Source: Nitrospinaceae bacterium (GTDB lineage: Bacteria > Nitrospinota > Nitrospinia > Nitrospinales > Nitrospinaceae). From it: a stretch of 64,000 nucleotides of DNA. The DNA is taken from positions 2,656,001 to 2,720,000 of the forward strand of contig OZ245011.1 of NCBI GenBank assembly GCA_965223665.1. The letters run 5' to 3'. Position numbers and translations under genes: made by a program. Each line of letters starts with the position of its first letter. Positions within the stretch are counted from its first letter, which is position 1. The notes under the pieces are model-generated. The model was not told where the DNA came from. It ran no database searches and worked only from the letters and a program-made list of their open reading frames with translations. This document shows, piece after piece, positions 11,201 through 20,321 of this stretch.

Positions 11201-13119
11201 ACGCTCACCGACTGCACATTCGCATTCGTGGGTATGCCGGACAAATCCCAATGAATGACTGAGCGCACTTCACCAAAACCGTTTGCATCTTGGTCAGACC
11301 CATCCGCCAAAAGAACAGTATCGGAGCCAAAGTTATCGGTTGGGCTGGACTCACGAATTGTAGCGTCCTCGTCTGCATCCTCCATCACCATCACTTCCGA
11401 ACCTGGTGAAGTGTAGGTGACTTTCAAAGTCGGTCTTCCCGAAGCGGCTTCTTTGGAGTTCATGTCAATTCCGTTGGTGGTGCCACCAGTACGAATAGCC
11501 ACCCCATTATTGGGAACATTTCCATCCACCCAGTCCTGAATCAAATCGATACCATCCTGGTTCAAATCAACCACATTCTCATTGAATATAAAGGGTGGGA
11601 TGGTTCCCAATGGAGTGGTGCCAAAATTAGAAGCCAAACTATTCCACGTCACAGTACCTTCATCCCAAGCCGTATCGTTGGAAACAATATTATAAGGGCC
11701 ACTGCTGACATCGAACAGATTAAGAGAAATGCTTGCAGATAGAATTGTTGACCCTGCGGGAATTGTGCTCAAGTCCCATCCAATCACCGTGACCAACTCT
11801 CCACCACCGTCATCGCCATCGGCACTGAGAAAGGTTTGACTGCCAAAGTTGGTATTCGGTGCGTTTTCACTGACGTAAGAATCTTTTATCGATTCCAGGC
11901 TTTGCATAATTATTGGGGGAGGAGAATCGCTGAAGACTATTTTAAGTTCAGGCCGCGTGGTTGCCCCTGCCGCTTCGCTGGAGTTCACAACAATTCCATC
12001 ATTAGTACCTCCCGACTTAATCACTACACCATTGTTATCGATTGAGCCATCGATCCAACCCTGCACCAAATTCTTGCCGTCATCGTTAAGGTCGACCACA
12101 TTCTCACCAAACTGTCCCGGGGTAATGGTACCAAGCAAAGTTGTGCCGACACTTGGCGCAATGCCATTCCAATTAACCGTGCCTTCGTTCCAAGATGTAT
12201 CAACCGAATAGATTTCATAAACACCGGAACTCACATTTGATAATTCGAGAATAATGCTGGCAGATTGAACCATGGCAGTAGAAGAGATAGAAGAAATATC
12301 CCATTTGATCACCGACTGTAATTCACCGAACAACCCGTTGCCGGGATCTTGTGAAACACCATCTGCACTTAATGAGGTATCGTTACCAGCATTACTGGTG
12401 GGGGATGTCTCACGTATGGAAGAATCTTCCGTTCCCGCATAGGCAGGGCTGGGGGACACACCATTCTGAAAACTCTGCATTGTTGCAGATGCGGTTGTGT
12501 AATCAACTGTCAGTTTGGGCCGCGTGGTTGCCGAAGCCGCTTCCCGACTATTGGCATCGATTCCATTGTTGGTGCCGCCACTGCGAATGATAATTCCATT
12601 ATTCGGGGTACTGCCGTTAACCCATCCTTGAACTAAACTGATTCCCGCGGGGTTTAAAGAAATAACATTTTGTCCAAAAGTTCCGGGAGAAATGGTACCT
12701 AATATCGTACTACCTATATCTGATGCGATATCACCGTATGTAACACCGCTTTCGGTCCAGCCTGTATCTACTGAATAAATATCATAAGGCCCACTACTGG
12801 TATCGGTGATTTCCAGAGTGATACTGGCAGACTGTACCATTGCCCCTGTGGGAATGGTTGAGACATCCCATTGAATTACAGACACGACTTCACCAAAAAG
12901 ACCATTGCCTGGGTCTTGATCGGTTCCGTCAGCACTTAAAAAAGTTTCAGAGCCAAAGTTACTGGTGGGAGAGGTTTGTCTAAGAAAAGAGTCCTGCGTT
13001 CCCGCATAAGTTCCATCGGGAAACACTCCGTCTTGAAACTCGGTCGTGGTTTGAGCGAAAGCTAAAGAATTTAAAAACAGGAATAACAGGAAAACAAGTA
13101 CGGAAACTATTTTCTTCAT
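8224..13119 (-). CDS. Large secreted/surface protein: signal peptide, 4 DNRLRE/CBM96-like domains, HYR-like, IPT/TIG, 7 PPC-like beta-sandwich repeats
   Basis: MKKIVSVLVFLLFLFLNSLAFA signal; four D.....P..N.G...WD.S.I...W.E..VT...W..G...NNG...S.EA...P.L units; DTQPP...TWTAMDAAGNSAT; PTISNISP.EG...GG..VTITGTNF; 103-aa repeats. Confidence 0.85.
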   Translation of the reverse strand: MKKIVSVLVFLLFLFLNSLAFAQTTTEFQDGVFPDGTYAGTQDSFLRQTSPTSNFGSETFLSADGTDQDPGNGLFGEVVSVIQWDVSTIPTGAMVQSASITLEITDTSSGPYDIYSVDTGWTESGVTYGDIASDIGSTILGTISPGTFGQNVISLNPAGISLVQGWVNGSTPNNGIIIRSGGTNNGIDANSREAASATTRPKLTVDYTTASATMQSFQNGVSPSPAYAGTEDSSIRETSPTSNAGNDTSLSADGVSQDPGNGLFGELQSVIKWDISSISSTAMVQSASIILELSNVSSGVYEIYSVDTSWNEGTVNWNGIAPSVGTTLLGTITPGQFGENVVDLNDDGKNLVQGWIDGSIDNNGVVIKSGGTNDGIVVNSSEAAGATTRPELKIVFSDSPPPIIMQSLESIKDSYVSENAPNTNFGSQTFLSADGDDGGGELVTVIGWDLSTIPAGSTILSASISLNLFDVSSGPYNIVSNDTAWDEGTVTWNSLASNFGTTPLGTIPPFIFNENVVDLNQDGIDLIQDWVDGNVPNNGVAIRTGGTTNGIDMNSKEAASGRPTLKVTYTSPGSEVMVMEDADEDATIRESSPTDNFGSDTVLLADGSDQDANGFGEVRSVIHWDLSGIPTNANVQSVSVHFNLTNISGGPYELYSVDNSWNEGTVTWNDITTIGSALLGTITPGQFGENIINLNPDGINLVQAWISGSISNNGIIVRNASGVNDGIDFNSSEAPSGKPKITIEYVIGGGDTQPPMIVAPPDIKWTLPGPTLTTELGTPTTSDNVGVVSVTHDAPLGAFPLGDTIVTWTAMDAAGNSATDTQVVTVINSPPTISNISPNEGLSIGGDFVTITGTNFTHNTDVLIDGVPATDVTWVDMQTITAFTPAGPFVQPNILVDVQVSNPLGTDTLVNGFTYLPGIGCGGLVSDSIDAPAEEDFIRFRGSSGATVDLVLTSSGFTARFTVFAPSGASLGTFDANTQRQFVLSETGTYIVRINDRFLVSTGSYNLSLTCLIPASPTPTLISCGENHAGTIDASAEVDLFQFSGNAGATVDLVLTSSGFTARFTVFAPSGASLGTFDANTQRQFVLSETGTYIVRINDRFLVSTGSYNLSLTCLIPASPTPTLISCGENHAGTIDASAEVDLFQFSGNAGATVDLVLTSSGFTARFTVFAPSGASLGTFDANTQRQFVLSETGTYIVRINDRFLVSTGSYNLSLTCLIPASPTPTLISCGENHAGTIDASAEVDLFQFSGNAGATVDLVLTSSGFTARFTVFAPSGASLGTFDANTQRQFVLSETGTYIVRINDRFLVSTGSYNLSLTCLIPASPTPTLISCGENHAGTIDASAEVDLFQFSGNAGATVDLVLTSSGFTARFTVFAPSGASLGTFDANTQRQFVLSETGTYIVRINDRFLVSTGSYNLSLTCLIPASPTPTLISCGENHAGTIDASAEVDLFQFSGNAGATVDLVLTSSGFTARFTVFAPSGASLGTFDANTQRQFVLSETGTYIVRINDRFLVSTGSYNLSLTCLIPASPTPTLISCGENHAGTIDASAEVDLFQFSGNAGATVDLVLTSSGFTARFTVFAPSGASLGTFDANTQRQFVLSETGTYIVRINDRFLVSTGSYNIELDCSG
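8248..10287. repeat. 309-bp tandem repeat, ~6.6 units (7 cores), identical at DNA level
   Basis: Shadow ORFs recur every 309 bp (8261, 8570, 8879, 9188, 9497, 9806, 10115); units read identical by eye. Confidence 0.97.
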
Positions 13120-13360
13120 AATCCCCCCCTGAATGGAATAATGGTAAGAAAGGTTAGCCTAATTTTGCTAGGAACATGGAGCATGCAAGATTAGGCCAAT
13201 AATAAATCAAAATTATTTATAGTCAACTAATTTAAAGCACCTGATTACTGAAAAAAATATTCACTAAATTCATTCCATGTCATTATGGGCTAATATCACC
13301 TAAAAACTTTTTAATAAAACAATTTGAATTAGTCCTTTTTGACTACCGACAAAATTATAT

Positions 13361-14494
13361 TTATGTTTCGATCAAGGGATAAAAGTCTTCTTCTCTTAAT
13401 TGAAATGTCCAGGCTACCGCTTGCTTCGCAGTTCTCATCGTATCTGGGACTCTGATATAAAAAGATTTATAAGTTCCATCCTTCTCTGGAGTTGCATTGA
13501 ATACCTTTACCATGGTAAGTGGCTCGTCATTGGTCAACTCTTTGGTAAATAGAACTCCATATTCATCTTGATGAACCATTTTTGGATTAGATTCGATAAG
13601 GTATCGCTCTAAGCCAAACCGTTCTAACATCACTCTCCGAACAGAGGGATCAGTTTCTCTATCTATTTGATACGAAGTAATATTATGAGATCGTTCAATA
13701 ACTTCTTGAGGAACCCTTGTACCATGCCATTGATAAATTCCTCTCAGATTTGACCAAAGGATTGCGGGACGACTTTCATCATGAAGCCGTTCCTGTTCAT
13801 CCATTAATATATGTATTGGCTTTTCTACGAGGATGGCTATTTTTTTAAAAGGAAAAAATAGACTCGTATTTTGGGCAAGGGCCAAAGCCCACTCTAAAAT
13901 GCTAGATCTACTGAAATCACATAATTGAGAAAATAAACCATAAGTCATCAAACTTAAGGATTCCTTGGTATCAAAACTCCTACAGCGAATGTTGTTCCAA
14001 AGAAACCAGTACTTTTGCTGATCCCACTCAAGGGCTTTAAGATTTAAGAGTAAATCCAATTTAGAGTTTAGTTCATCCAGGATACAATCATCCACAAAGT
14101 CCCCGACTTGGTGGTGAATTGCTTCATTCTGCACAGGAACCCAAACCTGCCGGCGCAAATTTCCTTTAATGCGATGTACCATCCGTGTTATTAGAAGTCC
14201 CCAGTCCTCTTGCTTTTCAATTTCCTCATAAACGGTATTTCGTAACTTAGAAGTTAATCGTTTCACTGGGGAATTTGAAAAAAATTCACTGATATCTTCA
14301 TATACCTGAGCTAAGAGAAAATTAACCTGAATCGCTTCAAAAGGAGACTGATACCAAACAATGGGAGGAACTTCTTTCCCGTAAAACTGATAAATTTCAC
14401 GCAACGCTTTTTCCGCTTCATCCCTATTGACCGGACCGGTGGCCCACTTTTGATTTCGCCAGTTGTTTTTGAGATCAGCAATTTCTTGATACAT
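13361..14494 (-). CDS. DUF6745-like protein
   Basis: RLHDESRPAILWSN..GIYQWHGTRVP, RRVMLERFG, VKVFNATPEKDGT...RVP...TAKQAVAWTF; probable start MYQEIA at 14494 after GGGAGAGGA. Confidence 0.7.
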   Translation of the reverse strand: MYQEIADLKNNWRNQKWATGPVNRDEAEKALREIYQFYGKEVPPIVWYQSPFEAIQVNFLLAQVYEDISEFFSNSPVKRLTSKLRNTVYEEIEKQEDWGLLITRMVHRIKGNLRRQVWVPVQNEAIHHQVGDFVDDCILDELNSKLDLLLNLKALEWDQQKYWFLWNNIRCRSFDTKESLSLMTYGLFSQLCDFSRSSILEWALALAQNTSLFFPFKKIAILVEKPIHILMDEQERLHDESRPAILWSNLRGIYQWHGTRVPQEVIERSHNITSYQIDRETDPSVRRVMLERFGLERYLIESNPKMVHQDEYGVLFTKELTNDEPLTMVKVFNATPEKDGTYKSFYIRVPDTMRTAKQAVAWTFQLREEDFYPLIET

Positions 14495-14519
14495 GTGTCC
14501 TCTCCCTTGGATTAAGGTT

Positions 14520-14845
14520 TTAATCTTGGACATAGCGATTGTTCTCTGGGGAGTACTCACGTTGCCGGATAACTTGATAAGTTCCTCTCGGTAGTGAAAT
14601 AAAATTGTGCTCTTCATGTTGCAGGGGAACTTTTTGGTTGACTACTAAAAATAAGAGGTTGTTGTGACCGGCAAAGAGTTCTGCCCCTTCTTATAAATAG
14701 CGTGCGCATGGCCTGTTGCCTCACCTTCGGCTAAAACCAGTTTTTGGTCCCTGGAGTTTCCCACCTTTTGTAGAGTGGGTTGATATTCTTGAAAGTGTTT
14801 CCAACTGATTTCTTTCACCAAAACATCTCCTTGTCGATACTGCAT
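14520..14845 (-). pseudogene. Small His-motif protein (usual DUF6745 neighbour), split by one frameshift near 14690
   Basis: MQYRQGDV...LAEGEATGHAH / shift / AELFAGH...LQHEEHNFISLPRGTYQVIRQREYSPENNRYVQD*; frameshift may be real or sequencing error. Confidence 0.7.
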
Positions 14846-15007
14846 AGCAACCTCCAACCTAAACGCATTTAATATTTGTTGTTAAATTTGATCTGAAAAA
14901 ATTCTCAAGTATGAACTAAAATAAATCTCTTCATACAATTCGCTTTTACCATTTGCAGTAAGGAAATAAAATCCAATTTAAAAGGATGAAGGGTTTTTGT
15001 AAAACAG

Positions 15008-15060
15008 ATGCATTCCTTAATAAATTATTTAAATGAATTATTCATTTTGCATGCATTCCT
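15008..15060. promoter_or_regulatory. Candidate operator between divergent genes
   Basis: ATGCATTCCT at 15008 and 15051 flanking perfect palindrome AAATGAAT-T-ATTCATTT (15031-15047). Confidence 0.45.
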
Positions 15061-15171
15061 ATTATTTATTTACCTTTTGGATTTTTATATTTCCGGTTTG
15101 AATGCTAAATCAAATTAGTGTAGTAGTGGGTTCAAAATATTGCTCATTGTCCAATCATTAGAGGAGGGTTT

Positions 15172-16338
15172 ATGGATAATATCCCCCAAGCTCATATTGA
15201 TGTGGTTGCAGTTTGCAAGTTGGCTGCGGAAGGAAATACCCAAGAGGAGATCGGTCGTACTTTAAAGATGAATCAAGCAAAAGTGAATCGAATTTTAAAG
15301 GACCATGGAGCCACCTATATTAAAACCTTTAAAACTTTTATTGAAAATGAGGGCGATCCCAAAGGAATCATGCAATTAGTTCAGGATCGAATCACAAGAA
15401 AGGACTTGCAGGATCAATTGAGCCAGGAGGCAAAAGACCCTAATTTTAAATTGCGAGTATTTACTCTGCCCAGTGGTTCTCCACAATGGCGCTTGGAACG
15501 TTTTGGGATTTTATGCGCGGGTTACGTAAAAGATTTATTCTCTTCTTCCCGATATTGTGGAGTGACTTGGGGAACTCATCTGGACAGCCTAACCAATGCC
15601 TTAAAAGGGTTTATCATAAATAAACCACGGAGGAACAAAATTGAGTTCATTCCATTATCCGGAGAACCCTTGGGAATAAGCCCCAGCTATTTTTCCAGTT
15701 CCACCTTGGCTCTTCGACTAAATCAAATTGTCAATGGCAACACCAAATCTGAACCCTTTTCTTTGTCCGCTGTTCCTGCCTTCATTTCCCCTATGAATTT
15801 AACCCCTTCTGAATTAAGAGGAATCTGGAAAATGATCGGAGAAGTGGAAGCTTACCAAAAAGTGTTTGGCAGACCCTTGTCCAAAAATAATCCACAAAGA
15901 CCCAAAGTGGAGCAATTGGATATGTTATTAACCAGCCTGGGAGGAGGTGGGGTAATGTTGCGTTATGGTGACCATGAAATGATTCCTAAAAATGTTATAG
16001 AGGATACTGGCCTAAACCAATTAGCATTGGGAGATTTGGGTGGCGTGCTTATTCCCAAAGATTCATCTAAAAAAAAAGCCATAACCCAAATTCAAAAACG
16101 ATGTACGGGTTTAACCATGGGTCATTTACAAAACTGCGTTAACAAGGCAAAGAATAGCAAGAGCAAAAATAAACCTAAAGGCGTGATTGTTCTCGCTTTG
16201 GGAGAACAAAAAGCAGAACTCGTTCTGGCCTGCATCCGATTAGGCTTGATCAACCAACTTTTGTGTTGTAATGCTTTGGCGGATAAATTGTGGAGTTTTT
16301 TGACGGCAACGGATTTGAATTTTATTAGCAAGAAATAG
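15172..16338 (+). CDS. SorC/DeoR-type transcriptional regulator (HTH plus sugar-binding-like domain)
   Basis: TQEEIGRTLKMNQAKVNRIL HTH; GVTWGTHL; ALGDLGG; ALGEQKAELVLACIRLGLINQLL. Confidence 0.75.
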   Translation: MDNIPQAHIDVVAVCKLAAEGNTQEEIGRTLKMNQAKVNRILKDHGATYIKTFKTFIENEGDPKGIMQLVQDRITRKDLQDQLSQEAKDPNFKLRVFTLPSGSPQWRLERFGILCAGYVKDLFSSSRYCGVTWGTHLDSLTNALKGFIINKPRRNKIEFIPLSGEPLGISPSYFSSSTLALRLNQIVNGNTKSEPFSLSAVPAFISPMNLTPSELRGIWKMIGEVEAYQKVFGRPLSKNNPQRPKVEQLDMLLTSLGGGGVMLRYGDHEMIPKNVIEDTGLNQLALGDLGGVLIPKDSSKKKAITQIQKRCTGLTMGHLQNCVNKAKNSKSKNKPKGVIVLALGEQKAELVLACIRLGLINQLLCCNALADKLWSFLTATDLNFISKK

Positions 16339-16800
16339 TTTTTGAGTTTAAAAGATCCTTTGAGGAAATAATATGAGGTTTTTTTCTTTTGAGAATAAAA
16401 CTCTGGCATTTGTCCTCAACTCGGAATACTATTCTTGTGCCTAAGGAATATTCTCCAGCTAAAAATGGGCTGGACAAAACTTTAAAAATACCTCAGAACC
16501 TGCGCGTAAAAATATTTTTTCTTGGAACAAAATTTTTAATACCACAACCAAGCTCATATCTTTTATCATTTGTCATGAAGTGAATAGGAATAGAATAGGA
16601 CAGATCGACAAACGCTAAAGCTATTTGGTAGAAATTCCATTGTTGCTAAACCATAAAGGATTTTTCTGATTCCCAATTGTTCTAAATCACTAAAAGAGGA
16701 TCAAATGGAACACAAATCCACAACGCCTTACAAGAAAGACCACCAATAGGACAATTAATTCTTTATATCGGAGAAATTACTAAGAATTAGGAGAATTGTA

Positions 16801-17178
16801 ATGATTAAGGCCGGTTCTTACATGAGTCACCCTGTATTGACAACAACACCTGATGTCCTTGCCCATGAAGCCGTAGAAGAAATGCAGCAGAATAATGTAG
16901 GATCTATTCTGGTAGAATCTAACGGAGAGTATGTTGGGATATTTACGAAAACGGATTGGACTCATAAGTTCCTTAAAGGGGGCGACCCTAATTCCATTAA
17001 AGTTTCATCCATGATGGTGTCACCAATTATCCGTGTTGAAAAGGATGAGCCGATATCGAAAGCCAGTGAGTTAATGGAAGCCAATAAAATCCGCCATATT
17101 GCTGTAACAAATGAAGGGGAAATTGTAGGAATTTTGTCAGTAAAGGATTTAGAAAAGTGTTGGATAAACTGGAAGTGA
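16801..17178 (+). CDS. CBS domain protein
   Basis: Two CBS motifs: YVGIFTKTD, IRHIAV..GEIVGILSVKDL. Confidence 0.85.
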   Translation: MIKAGSYMSHPVLTTTPDVLAHEAVEEMQQNNVGSILVESNGEYVGIFTKTDWTHKFLKGGDPNSIKVSSMMVSPIIRVEKDEPISKASELMEANKIRHIAVTNEGEIVGILSVKDLEKCWINWK

Positions 17179-17244
17179 TTAAGGCTTACCTTTAAATCGG
17201 GAAGACTTTCATAGTCTGGTCAAATTTTATTCGCCAGAAATACC

Positions 17245-17967
17245 TTAAGTCACACTGGGTTTGGTTCTTTTAGATAGATTATAATCATTAAGCATCCCCG
17301 TGATAGTGTATTCATTCAAGTCCGACCATTGCTCATATGCTTCAGCGACAGCAAATCTTAAATCTTCGCGCACATTCGGGCAATAAACCTTGTCCACCTG
17401 CTTGGCTAAATCCTTTAAGGAACCCAAGTGCCCGGTAGGGACGGCCACAATCATTTGGCTTGGTCCACATTTACGAATGGCTTCCACTGCCACCTGCATG
17501 GTCACCCCCGTGGCCAGGCCATCATCCACAATAATCACAGTTTTGCCGTTACAATTTGGAAACGGCAGACCTTTTCTAAACACCTGATTCCGACGTTGAA
17601 CCTTGTGTCTGGTTCTTTCTTTATCCTCTTTGACCTCCTCATCACTAAGACCTAAGTTTGTGATAAACGATTGCCTGACCATTTCGGTACCATCAAAAGC
17701 TATCGCTCCATAACCTAATTCAGTGTTCCAATGCGGGGTTATCTTATTTGCCACTGCAATATCCAAGTTTAAGCGAAGTAAACGTGCAATGACTAACGCT
17801 ACTGGAACCCCCCCTGACGGTATTCCTAAAACCAAGGAATTGCTGTCCAATAAGCCTTCGAACATACTTCCGAGCACCTCCCCGGCATGTTCACGGTCCC
17901 TAAATACTTTCGGACGATTTCGTAGTTCAGGCACATCAATTATCACTTTTTCTGTCTCTAAATTCAT
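17245..17967 (-). CDS. Phosphoribosyltransferase-family protein
   Basis: FRDREHAG, VLGIPSGGVPVA, VIIVDDGLATGVTM. Confidence 0.88.
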   Translation of the reverse strand: MNLETEKVIIDVPELRNRPKVFRDREHAGEVLGSMFEGLLDSNSLVLGIPSGGVPVALVIARLLRLNLDIAVANKITPHWNTELGYGAIAFDGTEMVRQSFITNLGLSDEEVKEDKERTRHKVQRRNQVFRKGLPFPNCNGKTVIIVDDGLATGVTMQVAVEAIRKCGPSQMIVAVPTGHLGSLKDLAKQVDKVYCPNVREDLRFAVAEAYEQWSDLNEYTITGMLNDYNLSKRTKPSVT

Positions 17968-18076
17968 TACTTCCCGCTTCTTTTTCGGATTAAAACGTAA
18001 ATTCCTTCTTCTTTAAAATGATATTTGATACCTTAGAGTTGATAACAGGCTTCCATTCGCTTAAAAATTTTTTCTT

Positions 18077-18484
18077 TTACATGTGCGCGGCAAACTCAGG
18101 CTCAATGAGGCTTCTTAGAACATCACCTCTAGAAACAATTCCCACCAGCTTATCATCCTTAACAATGGGCAGTCGGATGATATTAAATTCCTCCATGATT
18201 TTAATAAATTCATCAACGGTTGCATCTTCCCTTGCAGTCACGACATCTCGGGTCATAATATCTTTGGCGGTGATTTTAACCAATTCATTTGTGTCTTTCA
18301 CGGCCTTTAAAAGATCAAGTTCTGTGATAATTCCTACAAGTTTTCCTTCCTCATTCGTAACAGGCATTCCGCTATAAAGACCCGTCATTAACTGTAGGGG
18401 CACATCCCGAGCAGAAGCATTTTCTCTCGCTGAAATCACGGGTCTTGTCATTATTTCTGAGGCCTTCCTGGTCAACTTAATCAT
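18077..18484 (-). CDS. CBS domain protein
   Basis: SGMPVTNEEGKLVGIITELDLL, RLPIVKDDKLVGIVSRGDVL. Confidence 0.88.
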   Translation of the reverse strand: MIKLTRKASEIMTRPVISARENASARDVPLQLMTGLYSGMPVTNEEGKLVGIITELDLLKAVKDTNELVKITAKDIMTRDVVTAREDATVDEFIKIMEEFNIIRLPIVKDDKLVGIVSRGDVLRSLIEPEFAAHM

Positions 18485-18710
18485 AGCTCACCTCCTTTTT
18501 TTCATGATAATATTTGAAGGACAAATTGACCCTCGCACGATAGGCGACTACCTTTCCATCTTCTACCTTCATATCAAGCTTGGATATTTCAGCGACTCTA
18601 AGGTCATCCAATGTTTTACCAGCGGTTTCAATCGCATTTTTAGCCGCATCTTCTCATGAAACTTCGCTTGCCCCAACAAGTTCAATAATTTTATAAACTG
18701 TATCACTCAT
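18477..18710 (-). pseudogene. Dodecin-family gene with in-frame TGA at codon 19
   Basis: MSDTVYKIIELVGASEVS*EDAAKNAIETAGKTLDDLRVAEISKLDMKVEDGKVVAYRARVNLSFKY; stop at 18654-18656 sits at the usual SW(E/D) Trp. Confidence 0.85.
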
Positions 18711-18881
18711 GAGATTCCTTTCAGTTAAAGCTTCCAAAAATACAAGGGCTATGATATTTAAAAAAATGTGTCTTCAGTTCACTAGCACACTCTAATATTT
18801 AAGATCGTTAGATGAGAAAAAATATTCCCAGGTAGAGGTGATATTGCTCAATCGGGGTTCAGCAGAGTCGGGGATGAGGTA

Positions 18882-18980
18882 TTGGCGGGGATACAACCAA
18901 ATAAATCTTGTAAATCCAATTTTATAAATACCTTAACTAAATTCAACTTTTTCATCTTGCCCCCCAAATTGCCCCTAATT
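18882..18980. mobile_element. Candidate distal end (attR-like) of the ssrA element
   Basis: TTGGCGGGGA (shares GGCGGGG with tmRNA 3' end) and GCCCCCCAAATTGCCCCTAATT, which matches inverted arm-like sites at 40360-40414. Confidence 0.6.
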
Positions 18981-19065
18981 TTTATATTGCCATTTCCTAC
19001 AAACCCAACCAATAGTTTAAATTCCAAAACAAAACTCTAGCCTATTAATTTAAATTTTGTTCATC

Positions 19066-19665
19066 TCAATATTTCAAACCCAGTTTCTGACTGATTCCTC
19101 TTAAAGAAATATCTATGTAGGCATCATGCTTACAGACTAATTTTTCAAAAGTTTTCCAATGCATTCCCTTAGGTTTCCAGCCGTTTCCATTTAGAAAACC
19201 CGGCTCCCATCCCAGTTTCTCCCTTATTTTATTCAGCTTTCTAGCGGCGCGGTCATAACTGACTTCCTGCTGGCTGGCATAGGCAAGCTCATAACAATGT
19301 CTACAAGCAAAAACGGTTTCTCCATAAAGGATAGCCACACGGCGTTCACACCCTACAGCAGGACAAAGAAACCAGGGTCGTTTTCCCCCAAAGTGACAAG
19401 AAGTCCAATCTAAATAAACAGAATACTTTTTATGCTGCCATTTGTCTTCATCCCATCTTTTATGATTGTAAGTCAGAATAATTCGGCCCGGTTCTACCCG
19501 AACTTGTATCGTTGCCACCGTTTCACCATTGCGTGACCAGTTCCAGGAAAAAGACTGATGCCCGGTCAACAACCCTCGGCGTTTCCAATCCCGGATATCA
19601 ATTTCCCTGTAATCATCGGTCGTATCCTTTTTATCCCATCTTTGCCCACTGCCATATCCACCCAT
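19066..19665 (-). CDS. Island hypothetical protein with Cys motifs (putative Zn finger)
   Basis: MGGYGSG, GGKRPWFLCPAVGC..RVAILY...FACRHC..LAYASQ, KPKGMHWKTF. Confidence 0.7.
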   Translation of the reverse strand: MGGYGSGQRWDKKDTTDDYREIDIRDWKRRGLLTGHQSFSWNWSRNGETVATIQVRVEPGRIILTYNHKRWDEDKWQHKKYSVYLDWTSCHFGGKRPWFLCPAVGCERRVAILYGETVFACRHCYELAYASQQEVSYDRAARKLNKIREKLGWEPGFLNGNGWKPKGMHWKTFEKLVCKHDAYIDISLRGISQKLGLKY

Positions 19666-19789
19666 AACTCCTCCTTTTTATCGAAATCATTAAGGAACTT
19701 TACCTTTTGACGTTGACTTTATTGCTTTTCAATGAACTATTCAGGTACTAATGAGACCTCATTTTTAGGTGCTATTTATTTTCGTTTTT

Positions 19790-20296
19790 TTAGTCGTTTT
19801 CCTTACTTTCCGACCCAATATCGCCCCCAAAAAGAACTTTGCACTCTAAAATCGTTCTTAACTCTTCCGGAGCGAGTGTTTTAACATCCAATTCAACAAG
19901 GTCCTTCTCCGTGAACACCGGCAAACTTTGATCGGGCACACATCGGGCAACAGATTTATCCTTCGCCAAATACAAGGCTTGATTCAAAATGATCGAGTAA
20001 ATTTTGACATACCCCAGCCTTCGATAATCTTCAATGGATTGCCTTAGCTGCAATACCCTTTTGTTTTTTAACACCAAGGCCAGCGCTTCCTCCTCAGCTT
20101 TTTCCCGGGAGAAATTTACTTTTTCAGAAGTCATCAATTGAACATATTCCTCGTAAATTTCTCTATCCACCTCGTTCAACAATGGCCAAGGTAGTTCATC
20201 ACTGTTTGATGAAACGACCAAAGGTTCTCGTTTTATTTCCTCTAAAGGTAAGGACGAGTCCTTCACCTGGCTGGCTAAATTCAAATATTTGCCCAT
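19790..20296 (-). CDS. Island hypothetical protein
   Basis: 168-aa ORF with AGGAGA RBS, co-oriented with replication module. Confidence 0.65.
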   Translation of the reverse strand: MGKYLNLASQVKDSSLPLEEIKREPLVVSSNSDELPWPLLNEVDREIYEEYVQLMTSEKVNFSREKAEEEALALVLKNKRVLQLRQSIEDYRRLGYVKIYSIILNQALYLAKDKSVARCVPDQSLPVFTEKDLVELDVKTLAPEELRTILECKVLFGGDIGSESKEND

Positions 20297-20321
20297 GGAA
20301 TTTTTTTCTCCTAACTGGAAT

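Noticed and set aside
13184-13199. Sigma54-like TTGGC...TTGC upstream of the giant gene
   Set aside because: GG-to-GC spacing is 9 nt, not the required 10
14495-14617. N-terminal 41 aa of the 418-aa ORF call
   Set aside because: Overlaps the true 3' half of the upstream His-motif gene; a better RBS and ATG lie at 14494
18654-18656. TGA recoding (Trp/Sec) in dodecin
   Set aside because: TGA terminates several clear genes here, and the position is a Trp, not a Cys
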